The translations under genes were made by a program, and so were the position numbers. The notes under the pieces are model-generated. The model saw only the letters and a program-made list of their open reading frames with translations, searched no databases and was not told the origin of the DNA. Below, in pieces: positions 40,023-53,889 of a stretch of DNA of 55,440 nt (the first letter of the stretch is position 1; each line of letters opens with the position of its first letter). This DNA is from Octopus sinensis (Eukaryota). The DNA lies in NCBI RefSeq assembly GCF_006345805.1, contig NW_021833758.1, forward strand, positions 1 through 55,440, written 5' to 3'.

Positions 40023-40559
40023 GTCTAACAAAATACGACCTGTCGACGTTTGTTCACTATTTTTAAGCGTGTCCTGTTCATTTATATAAAAATAAAACCA
40101 AAATATTCCCATCGTTTCCATGCAGATGTTCGGATGGGCAGCAAATATCTTTAATTCATGCATCGCAAATTTTTAAGCGCATTCTTGTGAATGACAGAAC
40201 AGACAGTGTTTGAATAATTTGTGAGAGTGTGTATCTGGGTATGTGCCCATCCAGTGTATATATATTTATGATAGGGTGAGTAATCATTGTCTTAAAATTG
40301 AATTTATCGTGACATTTCCAATACAACAATGTGAGGTGTAATGTCAGTAATTGGTTCAATAGCGTTTATTGATTTTCATCGATTCTTATAAAAGATATGA
40401 ATGTAAAATGACACAAGATTTGTTGTGCAAAATGTGAGATGATATTTTTCAAAGATATAAATTGTACAGAAGAGGAAATATGGTTGTTATATAATCATCC
40501 TGTTACAATCATATGCTAATCCCCCACCGCAGAAAAAAAAATTACGCAGGAGCACTTCT

Positions 40560-40668
40560 ATATGTGTGGGCGAGTGTATGTGTATATATATATATGGATG
40601 TATATATATATATATATGTACGTATGTATGTATATATATAGATGTATGTATGTATGTATGTATGTATG

Positions 40669-40709
<41 letters not shown>

Positions 40710-40848
40710 ATATATATATATATACATGGATGTATGTACGTGTGTGTATACAGATGCATGTATATATATACATTTATATATCTTATATATATACACCTAC
40801 ACATATATGTGTGTGTTTATATATATATATATGTACATGTTGTGTTGG

Positions 40849-40888
<40 letters not shown>

Positions 40889-40925
40889 CACAGACATATG
40901 ACTAGAGAATTATATGTATGTGTAT
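40560..40925. repeat. (TA)n/(TATG)n array
   Basis: Direct reading. Confidence 0.93.
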
Positions 40926-41363
40926 ATTTCCCTTAAATATGATTCTGGCTGAACAATTACATAACAATTGTATATATGTCTGTATATACACACATATGCG
41001 AATATGTACATTTTTTGGCAACGATTAACGCTTATTTTCCTTCAGGAAATTATCCCCCAGCTCCACACACCGATGCTTGTATCATTTTACATCCATTCTT
41101 TACACAATAATCGATATAATCAATATAATTCTATTGACACCATTACTGACATGATATCTCGCATTGCTGCATCGGAAATGTCACGATAAAATCAATTTTA
41201 TAAAAAAACATTGATTTCTTACATTGACACAAATTGCTTATGAGTGAAGATTCTCTAGATTCAATTCTAGTGCATTCTTAGTACATACATCGTCATCACA
41301 AACACACTATATTATATGTCATTATTATATTAAATATACATGTGTGTGTGTGAGTGTCAATGA

Positions 41364-41427
<64 letters not shown>

Positions 41428-41430
<3 letters not shown>

Positions 41431-41916
41431 AATCAAAATGAGCAACAAGGATATCCAAGGTAGTGTAGTACAATCGTTTCATGCTACTTCATTGTATTAA
41501 ACAATGTAAGTATTACATCAGTTTTAACCTGTAGAGCAATCTGCAGCCACATATAGAATTTTTTTAATTAAATAGACAATGTACACTTGTATACTTATTC
41601 CATTTGCCCACATTACAAAGAGGGTAGATATATAGACAGAGAGGTTAATTTCATCAATAGGAACTTGGTAGTAGAAAGTCCTTCTCTATCTGCAGATTTT
41701 TTATCACTCTGATTATTTATCACTTTGTAATTTTGGCAAATGAAATAATTATAAAAAATGTACATTGTCTATTTAATAAAAAAAATTCTGTATGTGGCTG
41801 AAGATTGCTCTACATTTTAAAACTGATGTAATACTTACATTGTTTAATAAAATGAAGTAGCATGAAACGATTGTACTACACTACCTTGGATATCCTCGTT
41901 GTTTATTTTGATTATA
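41428..41916. mobile_element. Fold-back element with about 190-bp inverted arms
   Basis: TATAATCAAAAT.A.CAAC.AGGATATCCAAGGTAGTGTAGTACAATCGTTTCATGCTAC... and its reverse complement ending ...ATTTTGATTATA. Left side abuts (TA)n. Confidence 0.9.
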
Positions 41917-42463
41917 ATCACCCCATTTGATTTATATGGATAATACCATACCAAATTCTGGTGGCTTTAACTTAAGTACCATATTCATCTGAATCTAAAT
42001 TTTGCTGAACTTATATATATAATGGTATTTTTAAATAGGCTTAAAGCTTATGGCAATTACCGTAAAATGACTAAGGAAAATAGTCTAAGGGGCATATAAG
42101 CCCTGCACAGAAGAAAGAAGGCTTTCCTATCCACCGGGAGTCGACCCCACATCCCTTTGTTAACTCGAGTAAGTGAGTTACCTTTACACCAGTGGATCAG
42201 CCTCCCCACTGATGTCAAATTTAAGAACTATGATAGTTTGTGTTTGTTTTTATGTGGACAAACTCGGCGAAAGCATATAGAAAGTTTGGTTACATAAAAG
42301 TTTGTTTACATAAAAATAAACGCGAACGATTATAGTTATTAAATTTGACAAAATGGGGAATTAACCAATGCATACGCGCACAATAACAACATACAGATTT
42401 GTCACAATGGAAACCACACAAGGATTTTATATGGGTACAGTGAATTTGTAGTACAATCGACAA

Positions 42464-42842
42464 GTGGAGGCGCAATGGCCCAGTGGTTAGGGCAGCGGAC
42501 TCGCGGTCGTAGGATCGCGGTTTCGATTCCCAGACCGGACGTTGTGAGTGTTTATTGAGCGAAAACACCTAAAGCTCCACGAGGCTCCGGCAGGGATGGT
42601 GTAGTCTTTCACCACAACTTTCTCTCACTCTTACTTCCTGTTTCTGTTGTACCTGTATTTCAAGGGGCCGGCCTTGTCACTCTCTGTGTCACGCTGAATA
42701 TCCCCGAGAACTACGTTAAGGGTATACGTGTCTGTGGAGTGCTCAGCCACTTGCACGTTAATTTCACGAGCAGGCTGTTCCGTTGATCGGATCAACCGGA
42801 ACCCTCATCGTCGCAACCGATGGAGTGCTTCCTCCTCCTCCT
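42464..42842 (+). mobile_element. SINE family B with 13-bp TSD and (CCT)n tail
   Basis: TSD GTACAATCGACAA at 42451-42463 and 42843-42855. Confidence 0.92.
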
Positions 42843-43607
42843 GTACAATCGACAACGTTCTCTCCAAGAATATTCCTTTTCCTAAGAGTGAACTTTACTA
42901 GGAAACGTTGAGAGGCAACATCCGAACATTTTGCCAATGTCCTCTTCTATTCTGTACCTTTTGAAATACGTTTAATCATGATTTAGCTACGGAGGTGAGT
43001 ATTTGGTCAATCGCATCTCACTACGTAAATGATTTCTTTTCTTTTATCGAACTCGAGAGGATATGACACAAATTTAACCTTGGTGTGGTTGCAACTGGGG
43101 ATATAAAGAGTTGTGACAAATATCTGAGGTTCTAGCAAATCTTTGAGGTTGCTGCCTGACAACAGTAAACATATGGCACAAATATTTTCTCTGTGGTAAA
43201 TTCAGTGAATTTGACTTTTAGCGGTTAAAAATATATCACAAACATTTGTTAACTAACCTAAATTTTACTTCTGCCTAAACCCTGCTTGACGGTAATATTT
43301 CGTTACATTTCAACGATCGGGCGATCCACCTGCGCAAATAAATCAAACGTTGTTGACTGTATTTTACATGTTCAGAGTTGCTTCTTTTAGGTAACTCCCA
43401 TTGATAAAAGCCAACTAACTTGAAACATCGATGTCTGGAAGTCCTGATAGATTGGGACAACGAACAAATAGGTTGTTTTCACGTCCGTTTTACCATAGGT
43501 GAAATATTTTTTTTCTACGGTAACCGAAGTGAATTTGCTTTTTAGCAGTTGAAATTTGTCACAAACATATTTTAAATAACCTAAACTTTGCATATATGTG
43601 TGTGGGG

Positions 43608-43647
<40 letters not shown>

Positions 43648-43664
43648 ATATATATATATTATAA

Positions 43665-43872
43665 GTTAACAAACAAGAAAGCACAAAAAAACACAACAAC
43701 GCGAGGACGTGGAACATATATAGTATTATTGGACGCTCAGGAAAGAAGGAAAGAAGGAGGGTCTAACGTTTCGAGCGGAGCTCTTCGTCGGAAACATAGG
43801 AGAAGGAAAGATCCAGAGAAGGGAAGACAGAGGGAAAAAAATCGCCAACGGTACACACGAGGTCACATTTTG
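43665..43872 (-). mobile_element. Penelope-like terminal repeat fragment (same family as 4140-4332)
   Basis: Aligns to 4140-4332 and is flanked by (TA)n. Confidence 0.6.
43761..43795 (-). ncRNA. Minimal type-I hammerhead ribozyme motif (U4C variant)
   Basis: Minus strand GUUU-CCGACGA-A-GAGC(UCC)GCUC-GAAAC-GUU-AGAC. Stems I and II pair, with an ACGU palindrome for stem III. Confidence 0.58.
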
Positions 43873-44339
43873 AATATATATATATAAATACATACATACG
43901 TACATACATACATACAGACAGACAGAAAGGCATACAGACAAACAGACATGGCTGTGCGGTTTGACGTTTGCTCCTCAACTACATGGGTTGAATCTCACAG
44001 CGTGGCGGCTTGGACAGGCGTCTTCTACTGTAGCTTCGAGGCATAGCTATAATAAAAGACACTTGCACATGAGGCCAAATAGTGAACTCGAAACCAGAGC
44101 CAAGTGGTTGGGAAACGCCTATTACTAGAATCGGTAGATGTCTTTCTTGTATTGGTGAAATACACATGGGTTATGAGATGAATCCGCTATTACGTTGACA
44201 GACGTCGATTACCTGGGTTACGTCACTGATGAGATCACGATGGTGTACGGGAAAAGTTTGGCAAACCGAATGATGGCACCGGTTGTTCAAACGATTAACT
44301 ACGCAATCTATTAACGGAGGGATAAATTAGTTAAGTAAT

Positions 44340-44532
44340 AGTAGAAAGTCGTAGTACAAAGTAGTAGTAGTAGCAGTTGTAGTAGTAGTAGTAGTAGTAG
44401 TAGCAGCAGCAGCAGTATTGTTATTTTCATCATTATTATTATTATTAGTAGTAGTAGTAGTAGTAGTAGTAGTAAAAGTAGTAGTAGTAGTAGTAGTAGT
44501 AGTAAAAGTAGTAGTAGTAGTAGTAGTAGTAA

Positions 44533-44570
<38 letters not shown>

Positions 44571-44601
44571 AAAGTAGTAGTAGTAGTAGTAGTAATAGTA
44601 A

Positions 44602-44634
<33 letters not shown>

Positions 44635-44703
44635 CAGTAGTATCAGCAGCAGTATTGTTATTATTATTATTATTATTATTATCATTATTATTATTATTAT
44701 TAT

Positions 44704-44770
<67 letters not shown>
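44340..44770. repeat. Compound (TAG)n/(TTA)n/(CAG)n array
   Basis: Direct reading. Confidence 0.97.
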
Positions 44771-44771
<1 letters not shown>

Positions 44772-45504
44772 AATGAAATAGATCTGGAGCAAGATTCTTT
44801 TTCACAAACTGACCCCAACACATTTGAAGTGCTCGAAAGGAGGTAAAACGTTTTCGACAAAAATAGATTTCATGCTGATGACGTGAGAAAGGGATAAAAT
44901 ATCGCTGTACGTTTTTACCAAACCCTAAAAATTATTTATGATTTTCGTAATGAGGCGAAGAATATACGCATAATCCGTGTGTTTCTTTTTTGTAAGTCTT
45001 AGATTTCAAATTAAAATTGCTCACCCCGCCATGATTAATCGTTAATTTAAAAGTGATTATCTCCCTTGTAATATATGCTGCCCGGATACCCCTTGTTGAA
45101 ATATTCTTACCTTGCTAGGTCCTTGCTATAAAATTTACCTTCTTTCTTACTAGCATCCTCCCATTTTTTATTGTACCACTTCTTCCTCCCGAAATATCTT
45201 TTTTTTTTGTTTTTTTTAATTCTTCGCAAAGTTAATTCATGAAGATATTTCTATTTCCCACTACGAACATGCAACTACATTTCTCTACCAAAATACTGAA
45301 ACCCTTAAAATAGTTATATAATTCTGCGAAAATTGTTTACGTCCGAACGTCCGCGGAGGTGGTCGCATTTACAGGTCCGCGAAGGTTTCAGTCCCGTTAG
45401 AGGGCTGTCAACCTGTTACTCAGTAAATACAAATCTGAACTCAAAAATTAAGTGCAGGATCTACTTTCGTTCGTCCATTTTCCACGCACTTCTACATACA
45501 TAAT

Positions 45505-45699
45505 ACATATATACATACATACATACATACATACATAAGTATAAATATACACATAGACATATATATGCATATATATAAATACATATAGATATATATATAT
45601 ATGTATATATACATATACATACATATATACACATACATATGTATCTATATTTATACACGCACACACATATATATACATATATATATATACATACATACA

Positions 45700-45732
<33 letters not shown>

Positions 45733-45772
45733 GTATATATAGATATATAATATATATATATACATATACATA

Positions 45773-45803
<31 letters not shown>

Positions 45804-45837
45804 TAATAACATGTATATATATATATATATATATATA

Positions 45838-45878
<41 letters not shown>

Positions 45879-45890
45879 CATAATACACAT
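45505..45890. repeat. (CATA)n/(TA)n array
   Basis: Direct reading. Confidence 0.93.
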
Positions 45891-46763
45891 GTGTTTGTTT
45901 CCGCACAGGTAGTTATCTATGATTTTGCGCCCGAATTTCCATATTTGTACAATCATGTGTGTGTGTGTGTCTGTGTGTGTGTGTGTGTGTGTATGTGTGT
46001 GTGTAAGTATTTGCAAGTATATTACTCATACACTTTAAACACCCCTCAACCACCATAAACTTTCTATCGCCTCGCACATTATATATACATCGTATCACAA
46101 CGCACCCCGCATGGAATCAACATCACCTCATCTGCTCCACCTATTTCAAATCTATGCACAAACACATAGCAAATTGCTGTGTATTTGACGAGAATTTGAA
46201 CAGATCACACAGCCTAACAACTGTAATCTATCTATAGAACGAACCTGCTGAGTGAGCGAATTATGGATGTGTGATGCAGTCGTGGAATACAGATGCACCT
46301 TGTTAAATTTATGTGGATGATACTCGGTTGTGTGCATGTTGCTGTGTTGCTGGTATAGCTGGTGTGTTGGTATGTTGTTGTGCTAGGTTGTCGGTGGGGG
46401 TGTTGTGTTGTTATAGACCGTCTCTTGCAAAGGGCGGGTTTGGTGGCTATCGCCTCTCGCATGCGTACCGAAAGCGTCCGCTCATCTGAAGTATATTTGA
46501 GTATGCTAATATGATTTGGATCGAAAAGAAGGCTGGTCCAAGTCTGTTTGTGTGTCTATGTGTGTGTATGCACGCGTGTGCGACTACCTGTATGTGTGCG
46601 CGCGCGTGTCTATCCTTCTAAGTATGTGAGTACATTAGGGTATGTGTTTGTGAGTGCACTTACCTCTATGTGTACATGATTGTATGTTCTGTGCGGTTGA
46701 GTACTAAGAGAAAGATTTCAAGTGTTGATGTGTTGCATGTGCGCACACACACACATTTGTAAG

Positions 46764-46774
46764 ATGGATAGATG

Positions 46775-46866
<92 letters not shown>

Positions 46867-46892
46867 GATAGATAGATAGATAGGTAGGTAGG

Positions 46893-46950
<58 letters not shown>

Positions 46951-46967
46951 GATAGATAGATAAATAA

Positions 46968-47052
<85 letters not shown>
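46764..47052. repeat. (GATA)n array
   Basis: Direct reading. Confidence 0.97.
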
Positions 47053-47054
<2 letters not shown>

Positions 47055-47447
47055 TGGATATACGGTGAGGTGCAAATCTCTATGTATGCATGTATAACTG
47101 TGTGTATAACATGTATCTAAATCTTTATATTTGGGTTCATGATGCTAAGAGCAATATTTCCATGTATACGTATTTGTGATTTATGTCTGCATGTATAGGA
47201 ATTAGTGTACATATACAGATGGCCTTGTATGACTTACATTTGGATGTAATTGCAGCCGTTTGCATGCAAATGTGTCACAGAGGTAGTGCTTTGGGATTGG
47301 TCGTCCCTCCTTAGAAAAGCTATTCTTGGCTTTTCTTTGATTCCTCTCAATGGGCTGCTGCATTGCCCGAAGGAAGCATGCATGTGTATACACACCAAAA
47401 CACACACACACATACACACTCACATACATGCACACATACACATTATA

Positions 47448-47495
<48 letters not shown>

Positions 47496-47507
47496 GTGTG
47501 TGTGTCG

Positions 47508-47872
47508 TGGCACTCCATCGGTTGCGACGACGAGGGTTCCAGTTGTTCCGATCAACGGAACAGCCTGCTCGTGAAATTAACGTACAAGTGGCTGAGCACT
47601 CCACAGACACGTGTGCCCTTAACGTAGTTCTCGGGGAGATTCAGCGTGACAAGGTTGGCTCTTCGAAATACAGGTACAACAGAAACAGGAAGAAAGAGTG
47701 AGAGAAAGTTGTGGTGAAAGAGTACAGCAGGGTTCACCACCACCCCATGCCGGCCTTGTAGAGCATTAGGTGTTTTAGCTCAATAAACACTCACAACGCG
47801 CGGTCTGGGAATCGAAACCGCGATCCTACAATCGCGTATCTCTTTCCCTAACCACTGGGCCATTGAGCTACA
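47508..47872 (-). mobile_element. SINE family B, older diverged copy
   Basis: Reverse complement of family B with several indels; no TSD seen. Confidence 0.85.
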
Positions 47873-47954
47873 ACTATATATGTGCATATACACAGACATA
47901 TATATGTGTATATATATATATGTATATATAAGTACGTAAATATATATTTATGTG

Positions 47955-48003
<49 letters not shown>

Positions 48004-48094
48004 GTACATGGATGCATGCACCCTGTACACACACAGGCACACATATGCACGCACAAATATGTATATATAGACGTGAGTGTGTGTGTGTATTGAC

Positions 48095-48143
<49 letters not shown>

Positions 48144-49014
48144 GAGAGAGAGAGATGAGAGAGAGATGACAGAGAGGGTACTTTGAAGCAACATGCCACA
48201 TGGAAAGATGGAAAGAGAGTTTGAGCAGTAAGGAAAGATAAATAATAAAAAAAAAAATAAGGACACTAAGAGCGTTAAACATTAAAGGTAGATTGAAAGT
48301 GTGAGGAATAATTAGAAAACGGAGGAAGGCGGAGATAGAACCGAATATGAGGATGAAGAAAGAGAAATTGGAGAGAAGCAAGTGCTGGAGCACGCAAGAA
48401 GAAGAGGAAAAGCGGGAGAGAGGGAGAGAGAGAGAGAGATTGCGATAAATTATAAGTGAAATAAAGAAATGTAACGATAGGAAAGCGGAAAAGATAACGG
48501 AAAGCGTGGCCCATCCCATGTTGAATAATGCAGTATAATAGATGCATAGTGATGGACTCTTCCATCAGGGAGCACGGTAGTGTGGTGTGTGTGTGTGTGT
48601 CTGTGTGTGTGTGTGTGTGTGTGTATGCATCTGTGTATTTTTAACTGCCGATGTAATTTTACACCACATATATGATGATACGTAAGTGTACAAATGTGTG
48701 TGTATGAGTGTGTGTGCGTATGTACGAGTGTTTGTGTGTGTATGTGCGTGTGTGTGTGTACGTATGTGTTGGCTTGTGGGTGTGCATGGGCATGCTCTTC
48801 AGTGTGAGCTGAATATAAACTGTTTGTAAGCAATCGTATATATGTATGCATACAGACGTATCTACTTAAATTTGTAAACACATCACACAATTACACACGC
48901 ACAATATATTATAAACACACATGCACACATTCACCATACACACACACACACTACAGGCACTTACCATATACAAACATGCACACACAAACACACTCACCAT
49001 ACACATACACATAC

Positions 49015-49357
49015 ATGGATTGATGGATGGATGGAGGAAGGGAGGGAGGAAGAGATGGGTGGATGGATGGATAGTTAGATGGGTGGATTGGTGACTGGAT
49101 GGATGGATGGATGGCTGGATGGGTGAATGGGTGGATGGATGGATTGATGGGTGGATGGGTGGATGGATGAATGGATGCGTTGATGGGTGGATGGATGGAT
49201 GGATGGATGTTAGTTGGGTGGATTGATGACTGGATGGATGGGTTGATGGGTGGATGGGTGGATGGATGGATGCGTTGATGGGTTGATGGGTGAATGGGTG
49301 GATGGATGGATAGATGGATGGGTAGATGAGTGGGGAGATGGATGGATGGATGGATGG
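49015..49357. repeat. (GGAT)n/(GGGT) array
   Basis: Direct reading. Confidence 0.95.
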
Positions 49358-50149
49358 AAAAAATAGGTGTCCATCAACGTGTCAGGTGCATATATAAAAT
49401 GGTTCATACGCTGACGATCATCGCTCACAAAAAGATAATATCTGGCCAAGCCGGAATCCGAGACACATTTTAATGATTGTTACAACAGTTCCGAAGTATT
49501 TATGACTAAATATTTAACATGGCAAAATCTAGTTCCTGTTTCACATGAGACCATACGCAGATAAAAACAAGACTTGCATGCGTACATATTGATATATATA
49601 TATATATTACAATATTATAATATACATATATATATATATATTATATATATATATAAATATACATATATATACAATATATATATATATATATATATATGTA
49701 GGTATGCATGTAAATGTATTATATAAGCAGTATTATGTATGAGTATGTGTGTATGCGTGGGTGTGTGTGCGCGCGCGTGTGTGTGAATTATACGTATCTA
49801 TAATATATATATTTATACATATATATATATGTATTATGCATATTATTATAGCGTTGATATCTGTTATATTATTATTATTATTATTCTTATTATTAGTATA
49901 TTATATTATTCTTATTATTATTAGTATTTTATTATATTTTTTCTTCCAATTTTGTTTCCATTTCTTCCTGACGCCTCCGGTCCCAACGCATGGGGAAAAG
50001 AAATTCACAGTATACATTGGTAGACCATTAGAATAAGCACACCAGATTTTTTCCTTTCCAAAGTCTTGCGATAGAAAAATTTAGGGGAAAATGCCAGAGG
50101 AAGATAAAGAAGGGAGAAGAAAAAAAAAAAAAAGTACAAGAAAAAAAGA

Positions 50150-50925
50150 AAAAGCTTTTTTCAAGAACGCTTGATGTACCAGTTAAAACAATTTTTGGCA
50201 CTTCCTGCATGGATGGTAAGTCAGGTATCATCCTTAAATAATTTTCAGTTCCTATTTTTCTTCATTCCAAGTGCTCCTACAATTACTGGTATTGTAACCG
50301 TCTTGAGATGCCACATTTTTTCGATTTAAATCAGCAAAATCTTTATATTTTCAAAGCTTACCAAATTCGTTTGCCGAGATGGTATGATCACAGGGTATGC
50401 TCATATCAATCAATAAAAAGACTTTATTGTTTTGGTCTTTCACAACAATATCTGGTTCATTACCTTTGATGCAACACTCTGTAAGTACTGGAAAGTCCCA
50501 AAGAATCTTCACATTTCTCTCACTCAGTTACAGCCGCGGGCTGATGCTTGTACCATTTGTTAGCAGTTTTGATTTTATAATGTCGACATATTACCCAGTG
50601 TAGATATTGATCAACTCTGTCATGTCTTGATTTATATTCTACAGTCGCTAAAACCTTAACCCAGCGATTAGGTGGTCCACTGTTTCAATTTCATCGTTGC
50701 AGTATCAGCTCGTTGGAGTCTACTCCATTTTTCATTACATTGGCTTGATAGTTTCGGGTCAATAAGCTCTGATCTTGAGCAGCTACGATGACACCTTCAC
50801 TCTCTAAATTTAGACTTGAGCTCCGTAGCCATCAGCTTGTTTGCTACGGGCCATATTTGCCATGCAGAGATTTTTGTTGTCACCTATCAAACAATTGTCC
50901 AAACGCTTTTTGCTTTGCCATTGAT
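50150..50925 (-). mobile_element. Decayed R4/Dong-clade LINE 3' fragment (RLE domain)
   Basis: Minus strand ESEGVIVAAQDQSLLTRNYQANV, RHDRVDQYLHWVICRHY..WYKHQP, VKILWDFPV..EPDIVV..LIDMSIP, TVTIPVIVGALG and IPDLPSMQEVPKIVLTGT. Confidence 0.85.
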
Positions 50926-50930
50926 TTCAC

Positions 50931-51348
50931 CTTACTCTTTTCTCTTTTACTTGTTTCAGTTCATTTGACTGCGGCCATGCGGGAGCACCGCCTTTTTTAA
51001 TCGAGCAACTCGACCCTGGGACTTATTCTTTTGTAAGCCCAGTACTTATTCTATCGGTCTCTTTTGCCGAACCGCTAAGTAACGGGGACATAAACACACC
51101 AGCATCGGTTATCAAGCAATGCTAAGGGGACAAATACAGACACACAAACACACCCACGCATATATATATATATATACATATATACGACGGGCTCCTTTCA
51201 GTTTCCGTAAACCAAATCCACTCACAAGGCTTTGGTCGGCCCGAGGCTATAGTAGAAGACACTTGCCCAAGATGCCACGCAGTGGGACTGAACCCGGAAC
51301 CATGTGGTTGGTAAACAAGCTACTTACCACACAGCCACTCCTACGCCT
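50931..51348 (-). mobile_element. SINE family A
   Basis: Same structure as 1272-1680; lies between the LINE fragment and a (TTA)n tract. Confidence 0.88.
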
Positions 51349-51387
51349 ACCTTATGATTATTACTATTTTTTAAATTATTATTGTTG

Positions 51388-51475
<88 letters not shown>

Positions 51476-51504
51476 CCTCATCATTATTATTAATGTATCA
51501 AGCT

Positions 51505-51885
51505 AGTAGAATGGCTAGCGCGCTGGGTGAAAACCTTAACGGTATTTCGTCTATCGCTACGTTCTGAGTTCAAATTCGCCGAGGTCGACTTTGCATTTCA
51601 TCCTTTTGGAGGTCGATAATAAAGTACCAGTTAACACTGGGGTCGATATATCGACTTAACCGTTTTGTCTGTCCTTGTTTGTCCTCTCTGTTTTAGCCCT
51701 TGTTGTAGTAAAGAAATAGGTATTTCGCCTGACTTTACGTTATGAGTTCAAATTCCGCCGAGGTCGACTTTACCTTTGATCCTTCGGGATCGATAAAATA
51801 AGTACCCATAAACACTAGGGGGCGATGTAATCGACTTATCCCCTCCCGACAAATTGCAGCCCTTCTAGCAAAATTTGAAACTATT
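51505..51885 (+). mobile_element. SINE family C dimer
   Basis: Same AAAGAAATA|GGTATTTCG junction (51718/51719) as at 5084/5085. The second unit has an alternative tail running into (TTC)n. Confidence 0.8.
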
Positions 51886-51903
51886 CTTCTTCTTCTTCTT
51901 CTT

Positions 51904-51983
<80 letters not shown>

Positions 51984-52225
51984 CATTATTATTATTACTA
52001 TTATTATTATTATTATTATTGTTATTATTATTATTATTATTATTGTCATTATTACTATTGTTGTTGTTGAGACGATGTTGCTGTTGTTGTTGTTCTTGTT
52101 GTTCTTGTTGCTGTTTGTGATGGTGCTAGTGGTGGTGGTGGTGGTGGTGGTGGTAGTGGTGGTGGTGGTGGTGGTGGTGGTGGTGGTGGTGGTGGTGGTG
52201 GTGGTGGTGGTGGTGCTTGGTGGTG
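51885..52225. repeat. Compound (TTC)n(TTA)n(TTG)n(GGT)n array
   Basis: Direct reading. Confidence 0.97.
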
Positions 52226-52249
52226 TCTTACTTCTCAGAACAATCGGTC

Positions 52250-52555
52250 TTGTTTGTTCTGGTAGATTCTGTGACAAGGACTTCAGACAGATATTACTCT
52301 CCTTAAGATGTACGCTGTGTTCCCATCAAGGCTGCTTTTTGCAAGACATCAATCTTGCATGGGATTTCCTGTTGCCTTATGAAATCTTGAAGTTTCAGTG
52401 GGATTGAATCGAGCACTCTGATCACCACTGGTATCACTTTTACATTACCCTCTCACATTCCATACAGCCTTATCATTTCCACTGTCAATTCTGAGTAATT
52501 GGTGATTTTTCATCCTCTTTACTCACAATATTCATATCATTGGGTATGTCTACAT
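52250..52555 (-). mobile_element. R4/Dong-clade LINE extreme 3' end (family distinct from neighbours)
   Basis: Minus strand DIPNDMNIVSKEDEK..Y.ELTVE, VKVIPVVI..L.SIP and LQKAALMGT..ILRRVI*. Confidence 0.75.
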
Positions 52556-52699
52556 CATCATCATCATCATTATTATTATTACTATTATCATTATTATTAT
52601 TGTTGTTATTATTATAAGTGTTATTTACTTTTAATCTGCCTCTTCGTTGCAATCACTTGCCGAGACACACCCATCGTCCTAGGGCGAGTGAAGGATAAT

Positions 52700-53745
52700 T
52701 AATGTTACAGTATGATTGAAAGCTTGTGGATGGGCTATGGCGAAATATCTTCATATAATACAACACAGGCGTTTAACCTGATAGGGTTGCACAGTATGTG
52801 GGCAGTACCTGTCAGCACAATATTTGGATTTCTCTGAGACATGAGTCTCCTAGCATACCATCTAGATGTTTCTGACATTCCATTCTTATCATACCGAGGG
52901 CACCCACAATAACATCTGGCTTTAAGATGTAACTCCTTTTGTATTTCAATTTCCAGATCCTTATTTTTACTTAATTTGTCAAATTCCTTTAAAGATATAT
53001 TTTTATCAGTGGGAAAACTTACATCTATTAATCTACAAGTATTTTCTTGCCACTCTTTAATGACTATGTCTGGTATTTTAGCCTGGATTGTTCTGTCGGT
53101 GTTGACTGGAATATCTTAGAGGATAGTAACAGTTTTACCTTCAACGATTGGCTCAGGATTTAGTGTGTTTACATATTTTCCGATGTAAATACTGTCCTAC
53201 ACTATCGTGGCGATATCTGTGTTTGTTTGGTGTGAACACAGGACATCCCGAGAGGAGATGGTTTATTGTTTAATCAATTTTTTCGCAGAATCTGCATTTA
53301 GAGTCAAAACTGTTTTGAAGAACGTTAGCCCTGGTGGTTTGGTCAGCAAACTTTGATCCTGTGCCGCAAATATGAAACCTTCATTCTCTGCTTGCAGTCC
53401 TGAGCTTCTCAGTCACCCACTTATAGGATGTTGCTTGGTCTACATCAGCATTTCGCCATCGAAGTATATACTGTCCATGCAGTGGCTTCTGGCTCAACCA
53501 CTCCTCAATTTCTTTCTGCCCGTTTGGTGGCAGTGGTTTCAGGTTCTTTATCTAATTCAGGGTTAATGCGGAGTTCCCTTGCGAATTTATAAGCTTCTTT
53601 GACAATAGAATGTGATGCTTTGCTGCTTTCATGTTTGCTGCACACAAGCCGCAGCATCCAGACCTCTGTACTGGATTAACACTTATTCATTGCTGTCGTG
53701 GAGGTCATATAGCACAGTCCTACCTGCATCATTCCTCTTCCCCAT
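52700..53745 (-). mobile_element. R4/Dong-clade LINE 3' fragment, related to 33670-34720
   Basis: Nucleotide alignment to 33680-34720 (for example CTGAGCTTCTCAGTCAC, ATTAATCTACAAGTATTT, CAGCACAAT.TTTGGATTTCTCTGAGA). The 5' end abuts (TAA)n. Confidence 0.85.
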
Positions 53746-53889
53746 TATTATTATTATTATTATTGTTATTATTTTTATTATTATTATTATTATTATTGTT
53801 GTTGTTGTTGTTGTTGTTGTTGTTATTATTATTATTACTATTATTATTATTATTATTATTATTATATTATTATTATATTATTATTATTC

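Noticed and set aside
44205-44320. Protein-like frame VDYLGYVTDEITMVYGKSLANRMMAP and a CTGATGA motif
   Set aside because: No recognisable homology, weak splice sites, and no stem II before GAAA, so it is not a hammerhead.
50166-50221. Apparent 50-bp exon with a strong GTAAGT donor on +
   Set aside because: It lies antisense within the Dong/R4 fragment, and the acceptor tract is poor.
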